From contig JANXSD010000157.1 in the NCBI GenBank assembly GCA_025352785.1, positions 4,010 to 68,009 of the forward strand: a DNA stretch of 64,000 nucleotides, read 5' to 3'. Numbering within the stretch: the stretch's first letter is position 1; the number at the start of each line of letters is the position of its first letter. The notes below the pieces were generated by a model. It ran no database searches, was not told the DNA's origin, and saw nothing but the letters and a program-made list of their open reading frames with translations. This DNA is from Bacteroidota bacterium (GTDB taxonomy: Bacteria; Bacteroidota; Bacteroidia; AKYH767-A; OLB10). Made by a program: the position numbers and the translations under genes. Positions 40,895 through 51,215 of this stretch are shown here, piece after piece.

Positions 40895-41590
40895 TTACAA
40901 AAAGTTATCAAGAGGCATTGAACACATCAACGTTTTAACTTCATTCGTTAAATTCAATAGGGCTATTGCCATTTCCCATCTTTCACGATTTCGTGGTTCA
41001 ACATAATTTGAGATAGCACGAACTTGAATCGATGGCGTCTCAAACATGTTAGCAACATAAAAAAATGCTGCTCCTTCCATGCTTTCAATATCCACAGGAT
41101 ATTTCATTTTAATCTTATCTATCGATAGTTGATTTCCATGAACTTTGTTAACAGTAATTGCCTCTACAACCTTCATTTTATTCATAGGAATATTATTGGA
41201 AATAATCGGGAAAAGTTTTCGATTTGTGAAAGGTATATCCGATGGATTTAGAAGTCCTAGATCAAAAATATCGATAAAATCATCGTGATCTTCCGCACCT
41301 AAATCAGCGAATTGATCGCTATTTATTGACACAACAATCCCTAGGGGGAAAGTCTTATTAAAACTTCCTGCTAAACCTATATTTACCAAAAGCCGATATT
41401 TTTTTGAGGAGAGTAGCTTAGTGAGATGAAAAGTGGTAGCAACTACACCAACTCCAGTTACCAATAAATCGGACTTGAAATCTGCAAAAGCATCTATAAA
41501 ATGTGATTCATCTTCGGAATATTTAAAGTCAGGTTTCAGAAGTCCCTGACATTCAGCTAAAGTAGCGCTTACAATTAAAACAGATTGCAT
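40895..41590 (-). CDS. mqnB: Futalosine hydrolase
   Basis: LIVSAT, TGVG, NIGLAGSF, ADLGAED, ITVNKVHG, ESMEGAA, RAISNYVEPRNRERW; ATG at 41590. Confidence 0.88.
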   Translation of the reverse strand: MQSVLIVSATLAECQGLLKPDFKYSEDESHFIDAFADFKSDLLVTGVGVVATTFHLTKLLSSKKYRLLVNIGLAGSFNKTFPLGIVVSINSDQFADLGAEDHDDFIDIFDLGLLNPSDIPFTNRKLFPIISNNIPMNKMKVVEAITVNKVHGNQLSIDKIKMKYPVDIESMEGAAFFYVANMFETPSIQVRAISNYVEPRNRERWEMAIALLNLTNEVKTLMCSMPLDNFL

Positions 41591-41596
41591 ATTTAG

Positions 41597-41604
41597 CAAA
41601 TATA
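41597..41604 (-). promoter_or_regulatory. -7 promoter box 6 nt upstream of the mqnB ATG
   Basis: TATATTTG-CTAAAT-ATG. Confidence 0.6.
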
Positions 41605-41690
41605 ATACAAAGCAGAATTAAGAGAGGAAAACATGATTAAATGAACTAATTTTGCAGCAATCTACTAATAGAGAATAAAAGACATTTATC

Positions 41691-42101
41691 ATGGTATACA
41701 TTACAAGAAGGGAGCATTTTAACGCAGCACACAAGCTTTTTAAGGAAGACTGGTCGGATCAGAAAAACATGGAAATATTTGGCAAATGTTCGAATCCAAA
41801 TTGGCATGGTCATAATTACGATTTATTTGTAACAGTGAAAGGCGAACCTAACCCAACCACTGGATTTGTAATTGATTTAAAAAAACTAAGTAAACTAATT
41901 AATGTTTTAGTGATTGATAAACTAGATCATAAAAATTTAAATTTAGATGTTGACTTCATGAAAGGGAGAATGGCATCCACTGAGGTATTGGCAATTGCTA
42001 TTTGGGAACAGATCGCACCAGCATTAAAACTTGAAGGAAGTGAATTGCACTCTGTGAAGCTTTATGAAACAGAAAATAATTATGTAGAATATTTCGGTTA
42101 G
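41691..42101 (+). CDS. 6-pyruvoyl-tetrahydropterin synthase/QueD (COG0720) family protein with a PTPS-II-type motif
   Basis: [18 protein letters not shown] (C-X5-HGH), [14 protein letters not shown]; adjacent to folE. Confidence 0.9.
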   Translation: MVYITRREHFNAAHKLFKEDWSDQKNMEIFGKCSNPNWHGHNYDLFVTVKGEPNPTTGFVIDLKKLSKLINVLVIDKLDHKNLNLDVDFMKGRMASTEVLAIAIWEQIAPALKLEGSELHSVKLYETENNYVEYFG

Positions 42102-42124
42102 ATTTCATCTCAAATATTTTTATT

Positions 42125-42763
42125 ATGACGAATAAAAAAAATAATTCATCAGAAGATGATGAATACGTAGGTTACCAAAAAGTTGATATCTACAATCAGG
42201 AAAAGATTGACGCACTCTCTAAGATGTATGAAAAAATTCTGGCTGAAATTGGAGAAGATCCCAGCCGGGAAGGTTTGGTAAAAACACCAGAACGTGTTGC
42301 AAAAGCGATGCAATTTTTAACTCATGGGTACGATTTAGATCCTGTTGCAATATTAAATTCTGCAAAGTTTCGTGAAGATTATAAGCAAATGGTAATCGTA
42401 AAAGATATTGAAATATATTCGATGTGCGAACATCATCTCTTACCCTTTTTCGGCAAAGCTCATGTAGCTTATATTCCCAATCAATACATTGTTGGGTTAA
42501 GTAAAATTCCACGAATAGTGGATGCATTTGCACGACGGCTACAAGTACAAGAACGATTAACTACGGAAATAAGAGATTGTATTCAAAATACATTAAAACC
42601 CATCGGGGTTGCTGTTGTTATTGAAGCGCAACATTTATGTATGCAAATGCGAGGGATACAAAAACAAAATTCTGTTACAACAACTTCTGCATTCACTGGT
42701 GAATTTGAAAACGACAGAACAAGAGCGGAATTTATTAACCTCATCAAAGGAACATTTCATTAA
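42125..42763 (+). CDS. folE: GTP cyclohydrolase I
   Basis: [35 protein letters not shown]. Confidence 0.97.
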   Translation: MTNKKNNSSEDDEYVGYQKVDIYNQEKIDALSKMYEKILAEIGEDPSREGLVKTPERVAKAMQFLTHGYDLDPVAILNSAKFREDYKQMVIVKDIEIYSMCEHHLLPFFGKAHVAYIPNQYIVGLSKIPRIVDAFARRLQVQERLTTEIRDCIQNTLKPIGVAVVIEAQHLCMQMRGIQKQNSVTTTSAFTGEFENDRTRAEFINLIKGTFH

Positions 42764-42817
42764 ATGAATTAAATTTTAATAAAACAAATCAAGATTAATT
42801 CATTAAAATAAAAACGC

Positions 42818-43693
42818 ATGAAAGCATATTTATTCCCCGGACAAGGTTCGCAGTTTATCGGAATGGGAAAAGAACTTTATGATAATTCAGAATTAGCAAG
42901 AGAAATGTTTCATCAAGCAGATTCTATTATTGGATTTCCAATTTCCGAATTAATGTTTTCTGGAACCGATGAAGATTTATTACAAACAAAAGTTACTCAG
43001 CCTTCCATATTTATTCACTCTGTTATTGCTTCGAAAACAATGGCAGAAAGTTTTCAAGCGGATATGGTGGCGGGACATTCATTAGGAGAATTTTCTGCAT
43101 TAGTTGCTAATGGAACTTTAAGTTTTGAAGATGGTTTACGCTTAGTAATTGAACGTTCGAATGCGATGCAAGCTGCTTGCGAAATGGTTCGGGGAACAAT
43201 GGCTGCTGTATTAGCGCTCGATGATGAGAAGGTAGAAGAAATTTGTAAGAGTATAAAAAATATTGTTGTACCTGCGAACTATAATTGTCCTGGGCAATTA
43301 GTTATTTCAGGATCAATTGAAGGTGTTACAGAAGCTTGCGAATTATTAAAAGCTGCTGGAGCTAAACGTGCAATGATCCTTAAAGTTGGTGGTGCGTTTC
43401 ATAGTCCGCTCATGGAGCCCGCACGTGAACGATTAGCTGCTGCGATTGAAAACACCACATTTCATCAACCAATTTGTCCCGTGTATCAAAATATAACCGG
43501 ATTACCTTACCGTAATTCTGATGCAATAAAAAAGAATTTAATAGCGCAGTTAACAGCTCCTGTTCGTTGGACACAAACCATAGAGAACATGATTAAGGAT
43601 GGTGCAAAATCATTTACGGAAGTTGGTCCTGGTAAAGTATTGCAAGGGTTGGTGAAGAAAATAAATAAGGAAGCGGAAATTGCAATTGGCTAA
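42818..43693 (+). CDS. fabD: Malonyl-CoA:ACP transacylase
   Basis: FPGQGSQ, GHSLGE, AFHS, PVRW. Confidence 0.97.
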   Translation: MKAYLFPGQGSQFIGMGKELYDNSELAREMFHQADSIIGFPISELMFSGTDEDLLQTKVTQPSIFIHSVIASKTMAESFQADMVAGHSLGEFSALVANGTLSFEDGLRLVIERSNAMQAACEMVRGTMAAVLALDDEKVEEICKSIKNIVVPANYNCPGQLVISGSIEGVTEACELLKAAGAKRAMILKVGGAFHSPLMEPARERLAAAIENTTFHQPICPVYQNITGLPYRNSDAIKKNLIAQLTAPVRWTQTIENMIKDGAKSFTEVGPGKVLQGLVKKINKEAEIAIG

Positions 43694-43826
43694 TGTGCCA
43701 ATATGCAAATTTGCCAATGTTATTTAGAAGATTGGCAGATCTGAATTTAAATTACACACACGAATAAAGTTCTTGATATATTTATTGGAGGTGTGTTTTA
43801 AAACAAAATATAAAAATATTTTATTG

Positions 43827-45179
43827 ATGCAATTGAATCCATTGAATGCTATTTCGCCTATTGATGGTCGTTATAGGGAAGTTTGTGAGGAGTTAGCTTT
43901 GTATTTTTCTGAAGAAGCTTTGATGCGTTATCGTGTGATTGTGGAAGTGGAATATTTTATTGAGTTATGTGAATTACCTTTGCCGCAATTAAAGTCGGTA
44001 GATCATGCAATTTTTCCTGCATTAAGAAAACTTTATAATGATTTCAATCATGAAGATGCATTGCAAATTAAAGCGATTGAGAAGATTACCAATCATGATG
44101 TAAAGGCAATTGAATATTTCATAAAAGATAAATTTGATACGTTAGGATTAGCTGCGTATAAAGAATTTATTCATTTCGGATTAACGAGTCAGGATATAAA
44201 TAACACAGCGATTCCACTTTCGATTCGTGAAGCAGTTTTACAAATATATTTGCCATCTATAAAAGCAATTGGTGATAAAATAGAAGAACTTGCAAGAGGA
44301 TGGTCGGAGATTCCAATGCTTGCACGAACACATGGGCAACCTGCATCACCTACAATTTTAGGTAAAGAAATTTTTATTTTTCGTCATCGGATATTAACGC
44401 AATTAGAGTTGTTGAATGCAATAGCTTACTCCGCAAAATTTGGTGGTGCAACAGGAAACTTCAACGCACATGTTGTTGCTTATCCTACTATTAAATGGAT
44501 TGATTTCTCTGATAAATTTATTGAGCGATTAGGATTAAAACGTTCACCTTACACAACACAAATTGAGCACTATGATAACATGGCTGCTTTATTTGATACG
44601 ATAAAAAGAATCAATACAATTCTTTTGGATTTAAGTAGAGATATGTGGACCTACATCTCGATGAATTATTTCACACAAAGTGTTATTGCAAATGAAGTTG
44701 GATCATCAGCAATGCCTCATAAAGTAAATCCAATTGATTTTGAAAATGCAGAGGGAAATCTAGGAATGGCAAATGCAATTTTAGAACATCTTTCAGCTAA
44801 ACTTCCAATATCACGCCTACAACGTGACCTTACTGACTCTACAGTTTTAAGAAACGTAGGAGTTCCATTTGCACACATCGCTATTGCCGCGAAATCACTT
44901 TTAAAAGGATTAAATAAAATTACCGTAAACATAACAGCAATCACTGCTGATCTTGAAGATAACTGGGCGGTTGTTGCAGAAGGGATTCAAACCATTTTGA
45001 GAAGAGAAGCGTATCCGAATCCATACGAAGCATTGAAAGTACTAACGCGTACTGGAAGTAAAATTAACAAATCAACGATTGGTGATTTTATTGAAAAGTT
45101 AGATGTTAGTGAAGCTGTAAAAATGGAGCTTCGTGCGATTACACCGACATCCTATACTGGAGTACAAAAGGGTTATTAA
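43827..45179 (+). CDS. purB: Adenylosuccinate lyase
   Basis: AISPIDGRY, TNHDVKA, ARTHGQ, GSSAMPHKVNPIDFEN; ATG at 43827. Confidence 0.97.
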   Translation: MQLNPLNAISPIDGRYREVCEELALYFSEEALMRYRVIVEVEYFIELCELPLPQLKSVDHAIFPALRKLYNDFNHEDALQIKAIEKITNHDVKAIEYFIKDKFDTLGLAAYKEFIHFGLTSQDINNTAIPLSIREAVLQIYLPSIKAIGDKIEELARGWSEIPMLARTHGQPASPTILGKEIFIFRHRILTQLELLNAIAYSAKFGGATGNFNAHVVAYPTIKWIDFSDKFIERLGLKRSPYTTQIEHYDNMAALFDTIKRINTILLDLSRDMWTYISMNYFTQSVIANEVGSSAMPHKVNPIDFENAEGNLGMANAILEHLSAKLPISRLQRDLTDSTVLRNVGVPFAHIAIAAKSLLKGLNKITVNITAITADLEDNWAVVAEGIQTILRREAYPNPYEALKVLTRTGSKINKSTIGDFIEKLDVSEAVKMELRAITPTSYTGVQKGY

Positions 45180-45215
45180 TTTGCTGTAGCAAATTAATAA
45201 CCCTTTTGTACTCCA
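45158..45215. repeat. Perfect 28-bp inverted repeat (2-nt spacer) overlapping the purB stop
   Basis: TGGAGTACAAAAGGGTTATTAATTTGCT-GT-AGCAAATTAATAACCCTTTTGTACTCCA. Confidence 0.95.
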
Positions 45216-45310
45216 AATTAAAAATTACGAATTACGTTCTTAATTTGTAATTTGAAAATTAGAAGAAAAATCTCCACAATTTCTAGAAATTTAATTCATA
45301 ATTTTTAATT

Positions 45311-45448
45311 TTTAAAGACCTCCCTCAATCCCTGCCAAAGAGGGAAGTTCGATTCTCGTAATTCGTAATTTAAAATTTAGTTTAAAGACCTCCCTCAATC
45401 CCTCCCAAAGAGGGAAGTTTGATTCTCGTAATTCGTAATTTTAAATTT
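45311..45448. repeat. Two tandem 70-bp-period REP-like units
   Basis: TTTAAAGACCTCCCTCAATCCCT(G/C)CCAAAGAGGGAAGTT(C/T)GATTCTCGTAATTCGTAATTT at 45311 and 45381; internal TCCCTC/GAGGGA hairpin. Confidence 0.9.
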
Positions 45449-45460
45449 TTAATTTATTAA

Positions 45461-46183
45461 TTACTCCCATCCCGAAGCAAGAACATCAGCAATATGAACA
45501 GCTTTCAGTGGTTCGTTTTGCTTTTTTATTACTGCATCTAAATGCATTAAGCATTGATAATCGGTGGAGATAATTACTGTTGCTCCAGCATTTTTTACGG
45601 CGGTTAAAAACTCATCCGCCATTTGGACACTTAAGGCTTCATTTCTGCGATCTAATCCACCTCCCATTCCACAACAAGGTAATGAGTTATTTAATTCTAT
45701 CATCTCCAATCCACGGATGTTGGATAGTAAATGTCGTGGCGCTTCTTTAATTCCTAATTCATGAATGGCAGGACAAGCATCTAAGAAAACAGCCTTAGCT
45801 TCATAACTTGCGCCAATGTCTGATACATTTAATACGTTGACTAGAAAGTCGGATAACTCATACATGTGCTTTTGTACAAGCTTGCACTCATTATGCAATG
45901 CAGAATTATGAAACAAGGAAGGATACTGCGTTTTTACTGTTGCAACGCAAGCAGCTCCAGGACAAACAATATATCGCTCATCTTGAAATTCTTTAATGAG
46001 CTTCTCCCCTACTTCTTTACAGTGATCCCAATAACCATCTTCAAAAGCCGGACGACCACAACACGTTTGTTCAGTATTATAATTTACACCACAGCTTAAT
46101 TTCTCCAATACCTTCACCATATTTAGTGCTGTGCCAGGATAAAACTGATCTACATAACAAGGAATAAATATATCTACTATCAA
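45461..46183 (-). CDS. (Fe-S)-binding CCG-domain protein, LutA/YkgE family
   Basis: FIPCYVDQ, EQTCCG, PCCGMGG, DYQCLMH, HIADVL. Confidence 0.88.
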   Translation of the reverse strand: MIVDIFIPCYVDQFYPGTALNMVKVLEKLSCGVNYNTEQTCCGRPAFEDGYWDHCKEVGEKLIKEFQDERYIVCPGAACVATVKTQYPSLFHNSALHNECKLVQKHMYELSDFLVNVLNVSDIGASYEAKAVFLDACPAIHELGIKEAPRHLLSNIRGLEMIELNNSLPCCGMGGGLDRRNEALSVQMADEFLTAVKNAGATVIISTDYQCLMHLDAVIKKQNEPLKAVHIADVLASGWE

Positions 46184-46211
46184 GGTATTTCGTTTTTAAA
46201 ATAATATTAGT

Positions 46212-47537
46212 TTATACAACTACAGGATTTAATGTGTTCAACTTTTGAATTCGCATCAACAGAATAATACCGATTAGAAAAAACAATGCAAGCATCACAA
46301 TTGAATCGCGCATACTTCCTGTAAATTCATTGATATAACCGAAGATAAATGTTCCTAAGACTGTTCCCACTTTATCACACACATCGTAAAAACTGAAGTA
46401 AGATGCATGATCAATAGTGTCGGGTAATAATTTAGAGTAGGTTGATCTTGATAAAGCTTGAATTCCACCCATTACTAATCCTACTACAGCTGCTAATCCA
46501 ATAAACATATTTTGTTCATCCACACCATATTTTTTATTACAGAAGAATGCAGCGATACAAATGAATATCCAAATCACAATTGCAATTCCTAATGCACGAA
46601 TATTTCCAAAACGTTTCGACAAACTACTAAAGAGGTAAGCACCACCAATGGCAACAAATTGAATGATCAGAATAATCATGATGAGAATATCTGATTTCAA
46701 TTTTAATTCACTCGTTCCGAAAAGAGTTGCTACGTACATCACAGTTTGTGTTCCCATATTGTAGAAAAAGAAACAGGCGAGGAATCTTTTTAGTCGTGGC
46801 GTATCTTTTAATTCAATCCAAACTTTTCGCAACTCAATATATCCTTTAGAAAAAATATTTCCTTCTGGTTTTCTGTTGTATACATTATCTGGCAAATTGT
46901 TAAAAGTAATTTGTGCAAATCCAAACCACCAAACACCAACTAATAAAAATGATAAACGTGTTGCATATCCACTTTCGATATTTCCATACCATTGAGGAAA
47001 CAGAATCATCGTTAAGCAAAAGATGAGTAACAATGAACTTCCAATATATCCTACTGCAAATCCTTTTGCACTTATACGATCTTGATCTTGAGGTTCCGCA
47101 ATTTCTGGTAAGAATGCATTATAGAATACAATACTTCCTGCGTAGCCAATTGCTGCTAATCCCGAACCAAAAACACCAATCCATAATGTATCTAAACTAG
47201 TAAAGAAATACAACGACGAACAAGATATTGCGCCAAGTGTACTAAAGAAGAACATGAATTTCTTTTTGTGTCCGCCGTAATCTGCCATTGATGATAACAT
47301 CGGTGAAAGCGCTGCAATAATTAAAAAGGCTAAAGAGATAGAATATGTTTGCAATGAATCACTGTTGAATGTTCGTCCAAGAAATACAACATCTGAAGAA
47401 TCACCCTTTTTTGTAATTGCATTAAAATAGATAGGAAACAATGCTGAAGTAATTACTAATGAATAGGCCGAATTTGCCCAGTCGTATATTGCCCAAGCAT
47501 TCACTAATTTCTTATTACCCTTTTCTATTTTCCCCAT
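46212..47537 (-). CDS. MFS transporter, UMF1/Atg22-like
   Basis: AWAIYDWANS, FYNAFLPE, QALSRS; about 12 TM helices. Confidence 0.9.
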   Translation of the reverse strand: MGKIEKGNKKLVNAWAIYDWANSAYSLVITSALFPIYFNAITKKGDSSDVVFLGRTFNSDSLQTYSISLAFLIIAALSPMLSSMADYGGHKKKFMFFFSTLGAISCSSLYFFTSLDTLWIGVFGSGLAAIGYAGSIVFYNAFLPEIAEPQDQDRISAKGFAVGYIGSSLLLIFCLTMILFPQWYGNIESGYATRLSFLLVGVWWFGFAQITFNNLPDNVYNRKPEGNIFSKGYIELRKVWIELKDTPRLKRFLACFFFYNMGTQTVMYVATLFGTSELKLKSDILIMIILIIQFVAIGGAYLFSSLSKRFGNIRALGIAIVIWIFICIAAFFCNKKYGVDEQNMFIGLAAVVGLVMGGIQALSRSTYSKLLPDTIDHASYFSFYDVCDKVGTVLGTFIFGYINEFTGSMRDSIVMLALFFLIGIILLMRIQKLNTLNPVVV

Positions 47538-47552
47538 ATCGCGAAATACTTG

Positions 47553-47728
47553 AGAGCCAGTTTAAAATTTAACTAATAATTTTGACTAAGCTTCTTTTTG
47601 ACTGCAACTTCGTTGCATTTTCGCTATAATCATTCTATAATGTTTGCAAATCCACTAGCTATCGGATGCCTCGTTTCGTTCAAAAATAAACTATAAACAC
47701 TTTTATAATATACTTTTAAACAGGCTCT
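47553..47728. mobile_element. MITE-like element (176 bp)
   Basis: TIRs AGAGCCAGTTTAAAA / TTTTAAACAGGCTCT (14/15 match); inner arms TTTTTGA/TCAAAAA and GCAAC/GTTGC; no ORF. Confidence 0.65.
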
Positions 47729-47790
47729 AAAATAAATAAAATATAATCGCAAAATCGATTTCGCTTTATTGAAATCTCAACAACAGAAAT

Positions 47791-48507
47791 TTAAGGAACC
47801 CAGCTTATTGTCAAGCGCAAACGCGTTTTATCTTTAACAATATCGGCAGTAGTTGGATATGGATAAGTTGCATAAACGTAATCAGTAATATTGAAAGAAA
47901 CGAAGCCCATGATCTTTTTATCCGGAACACTGGTACTATCGTAATCGTAAATTTCAATTTTTACAGAACCCTCCAAACTTGCTGTTGACAGCGGCGGAAT
48001 GATGCTAAAATATCCCGTATCCGTATCATATAAAACATAACTAGGTCGTAAAACAACTCCATTTGGAAATGTAATTTCTGTCATAAGATCGGGTTTGTCA
48101 TTTCCTGGATCCCATGTTATGCTTCCTGGCGCATACGGTTCTGTTTCCAAAATCTTTATTGCATTAAGTTGAAATTTACGATAAATAGTAACTGGAATCG
48201 TTCGTATTTTAGTTCCTGTTCTCGATCCCTTTGTTCCAGAAATTGTAACATTAAAATTTCCATAACGATGATAGATATGATTTACGGAAAATCCTATTGC
48301 AGTGGTACTATCACCAAAATCCCAAGTCACGGCATCTGCGCTATCTGGGATATATGCCGTAAAATGTACCGTTCCTGGTAAACTTGTCATTCCAGTGTTA
48401 CCAGAAATTTTCATATCCACATACAAAGGACTTGGTGCTGCATCTTCGCTCTTTTTACATGACGAAATTACAACTGCTATTGCAAAAATATAAAGGAGTT
48501 TTTTCAT
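47791..48507 (-). CDS. PKD-domain lipoprotein with a C2-like C-terminal domain
   Basis: Lipobox ISSC-KKSED; PKD WDFGD...HIY..YGNF.V; WD...PDL...IEIYDYD...MG. Confidence 0.75.
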   Translation of the reverse strand: MKKLLYIFAIAVVISSCKKSEDAAPSPLYVDMKISGNTGMTSLPGTVHFTAYIPDSADAVTWDFGDSTTAIGFSVNHIYHRYGNFNVTISGTKGSRTGTKIRTIPVTIYRKFQLNAIKILETEPYAPGSITWDPGNDKPDLMTEITFPNGVVLRPSYVLYDTDTGYFSIIPPLSTASLEGSVKIEIYDYDSTSVPDKKIMGFVSFNITDYVYATYPYPTTADIVKDKTRLRLTISWVP

Positions 48508-48595
48508 GATTTTGAATTTTGAAAATGTAAAATGATAAATGTTGAATTAAATAATAAATTGATTCTTTAATTTACAATTACATGGTAAGAAAACT

Positions 48596-48620
48596 AAAGC
48601 CGATCAGTACGACCAGCTTT
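48596..48620 (-). terminator. Hairpin after aconitase
   Basis: AAAGCTGGTC-GTACT-GATCGGCTTT on the - strand. Confidence 0.5.
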
Positions 48621-48639
48621 CTAATTTTTTATGTAATGA

Positions 48640-50907
48640 TTATGCACCAACTTGTGAACGAATAATATTCAATGCACCACCTGCTTTAAACCACTCGATT
48701 TGATTTTCGTTGTAAGTATGATTCACTTTAAATTCTTCACGAGAACCATCACTATGATTCAATGCAATCGTTAATTGAACACCAGGACTGAATGTTGTTA
48801 ATCCAAGAATTTCTAATGTATCATCTTCTTGAATTTTATTGTAATCTTCTTTATTTGTAAATGTAAGTGCGAGCATTCCTTGTTTCTTCAAATTCGTTTC
48901 GTGAATACGAGCAAATGATTTTACAAGTATCGCACGAACACCTAAGAAACGTGGTTCCATTGCAGCATGTTCACGACTAGATCCTTCACCATAATTTTCA
49001 TCACCTACAACGATGGTACCGATATGCGAAGCTTTGTATGCGCGTTGCACTGCGGGAACTGTATTGTAAGTTCCATCCAATTGATTTTTTACACTATCTG
49101 TTTTTTCATTAAAAATATTTAGCGCACCAATTAACATGTTGTTGCTAATGTTATCTAAATGTCCGCGGTATTTTAACCATGGACCAGCCATTGAAATATG
49201 ATCGGTCGTACATTTACCTTTTACCTTAATCAATAAACGTAATCCTTTCAAATCAATTCCTTCCCATGCAGCAAATGGATCTAATAATTGCAAACGATCT
49301 GATGTTGGACTCACTGCGATGGTAACATTACTTCCATCAACAGCTGGAGCTTGATATCCTGCATCTTCAACAGCGAAACCTTTAGGAGGCATTTCTAATC
49401 CACTAGGCTCATCAAGTTTCACTTTCTCACCTTTTGCGTTTGTTAACGAATCGGTAATTGGATTAAAAGTTAAATCACCAGCGATAGCAAGAGCAGTAAC
49501 AATTTCAGGAGAGGCGACGAATGCATGTGTATTTGGATTTCCATCATTACGTTTCGCGAAGTTGCGATTGAAAGAAGTGATGATAGAATTTTTGCGAGTA
49601 GGATCAGAAGTATGACGCGCCCATTGTCCGATGCATGGACCGCACGCGTTGGCAAGCACCATTCCGCCCATGTCTTCAAATATTTTTAAGAAGCCATCGC
49701 GCTCAACAGTGTAGCGCACTAACTCAGAACCAGGAGTAATTGTATATTCACTCTTTGCTTTTAGCCCTTTATCAACAGCTTGTTTTGCAAGAGAAGCAGC
49801 ACGAGAAATATCTTCGTAAGATGAATTTGTACAAGAACCAATCAATCCAACTTCTAATTGTGCTGGCCATCCATTTTCTTTAACAGCAGCAGCAAATTTA
49901 CTTAGTGGCCAAGCCAAATCTGGAGTAAATGGTCCGTTGATATGAGGTTCTAATTCATCTAAATTAATTTCAACAACCTGATCAAAATATTTTGAAGGGT
50001 TTGCATACACATCATCATCCGCACGAAGCGACGAACGAATACCATCCGCTAAATCAGCAACAGCGGCACGACTTGTTCCACGCAAGTATTCACCCATTTT
50101 ATCATCGTAACCGAAGATAGAAGTCGTAGCACCAATCTCAGCACCCATGTTACAAATAGTACCTTTACCAGTACACGAAAGGCTATCCGCACCTTCGCCG
50201 AAATATTCAACAATTGCATCGGTACCACCTTTTACAGTGAGGATACCCGCAACTTTAAGGATAATATCTTTTGCAGATGTCCAGCCGCTAAGTTTTCCTG
50301 TGAGTTTCACACCGATAACGCGAGGGAATTTTAACTCCCACACAAGACCAGCCATCACATCACAAGCATCGGCACCACCAACACCGATAGCAACCATTCC
50401 GAGACCGCCGGCATTCACTGTATGACTATCCGTTCCGATCATCAACCCACCTGGAAAAGCATAATTTTCGAGAATCACTTGATGAATAATTCCTGCACCT
50501 GGTTTCCAGAAACCGATTCCGTATTTGTTCGATACAGAAGAGAGAAAATCGAATACTTCTTTATTTTTATCGAGGGCTTTCGCAAGATCTGCGGTTGCGC
50601 CTGTTTCGGCTTGGATGAGATGATCGCAATGCACGGTACTGGGAACAGCAACCTTCGGACGACCAGCCTGCATAAATTGCAGGAGTGCCATTTGTGCGGT
50701 TGCATCCTGCATAGCTACACGATCAGGATTGAAATCCACGTAGCTTTTCCCTCGCTCAAAAGAAGTTCCTGGTATTGCTCCACTAAGGTGGGAATACAGG
50801 ATTTTCTCTGTTAGCGTCATCGGACGATTGAGCAGTTTGCGTGCATTTTCAATTTTTGCCGGAATAGTTGCGTATACCGTCTTGATCATGTCTAGGTCGA
50901 ACACCAT
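48640..50907 (-). CDS. acnA: Aconitate hydratase (mitochondrial-type)
   Basis: [47 protein letters not shown]. Confidence 0.95.
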   Translation of the reverse strand: MVFDLDMIKTVYATIPAKIENARKLLNRPMTLTEKILYSHLSGAIPGTSFERGKSYVDFNPDRVAMQDATAQMALLQFMQAGRPKVAVPSTVHCDHLIQAETGATADLAKALDKNKEVFDFLSSVSNKYGIGFWKPGAGIIHQVILENYAFPGGLMIGTDSHTVNAGGLGMVAIGVGGADACDVMAGLVWELKFPRVIGVKLTGKLSGWTSAKDIILKVAGILTVKGGTDAIVEYFGEGADSLSCTGKGTICNMGAEIGATTSIFGYDDKMGEYLRGTSRAAVADLADGIRSSLRADDDVYANPSKYFDQVVEINLDELEPHINGPFTPDLAWPLSKFAAAVKENGWPAQLEVGLIGSCTNSSYEDISRAASLAKQAVDKGLKAKSEYTITPGSELVRYTVERDGFLKIFEDMGGMVLANACGPCIGQWARHTSDPTRKNSIITSFNRNFAKRNDGNPNTHAFVASPEIVTALAIAGDLTFNPITDSLTNAKGEKVKLDEPSGLEMPPKGFAVEDAGYQAPAVDGSNVTIAVSPTSDRLQLLDPFAAWEGIDLKGLRLLIKVKGKCTTDHISMAGPWLKYRGHLDNISNNMLIGALNIFNEKTDSVKNQLDGTYNTVPAVQRAYKASHIGTIVVGDENYGEGSSREHAAMEPRFLGVRAILVKSFARIHETNLKKQGMLALTFTNKEDYNKIQEDDTLEILGLTTFSPGVQLTIALNHSDGSREEFKVNHTYNENQIEWFKAGGALNIIRSQVGA

Positions 50908-51215
50908 TTTTTAATGCGGATTTAAGAGTAAAGAATTCAAAATTCAGAAGAGCATCCCCTTGCGAGAATCATTCGGCGAAGGTAAGAAAAATGGTTTGTT
51001 TTATCGAAGAATTACGACTGTATTATAAAGAAAGAATTTAAGATTTTTTGATTCTGGATTTCCATTGGCTAAATTGATTTTTAGATGGATTTAATTGATT
51101 TGATATTATGCATTTGTTAATGCACATCAATAATGATTGCAAAAATCAAATAATTCAAATTAATTATTCTATATTTGATAAGCTAAAACACTTTAGGGAA
51201 ATTAAATTTTAATCT

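Noticed and set aside
45311-45448. CRISPR array
   Set aside because: Only two units, near-identical along their whole length, with no unique spacers and no cas genes.
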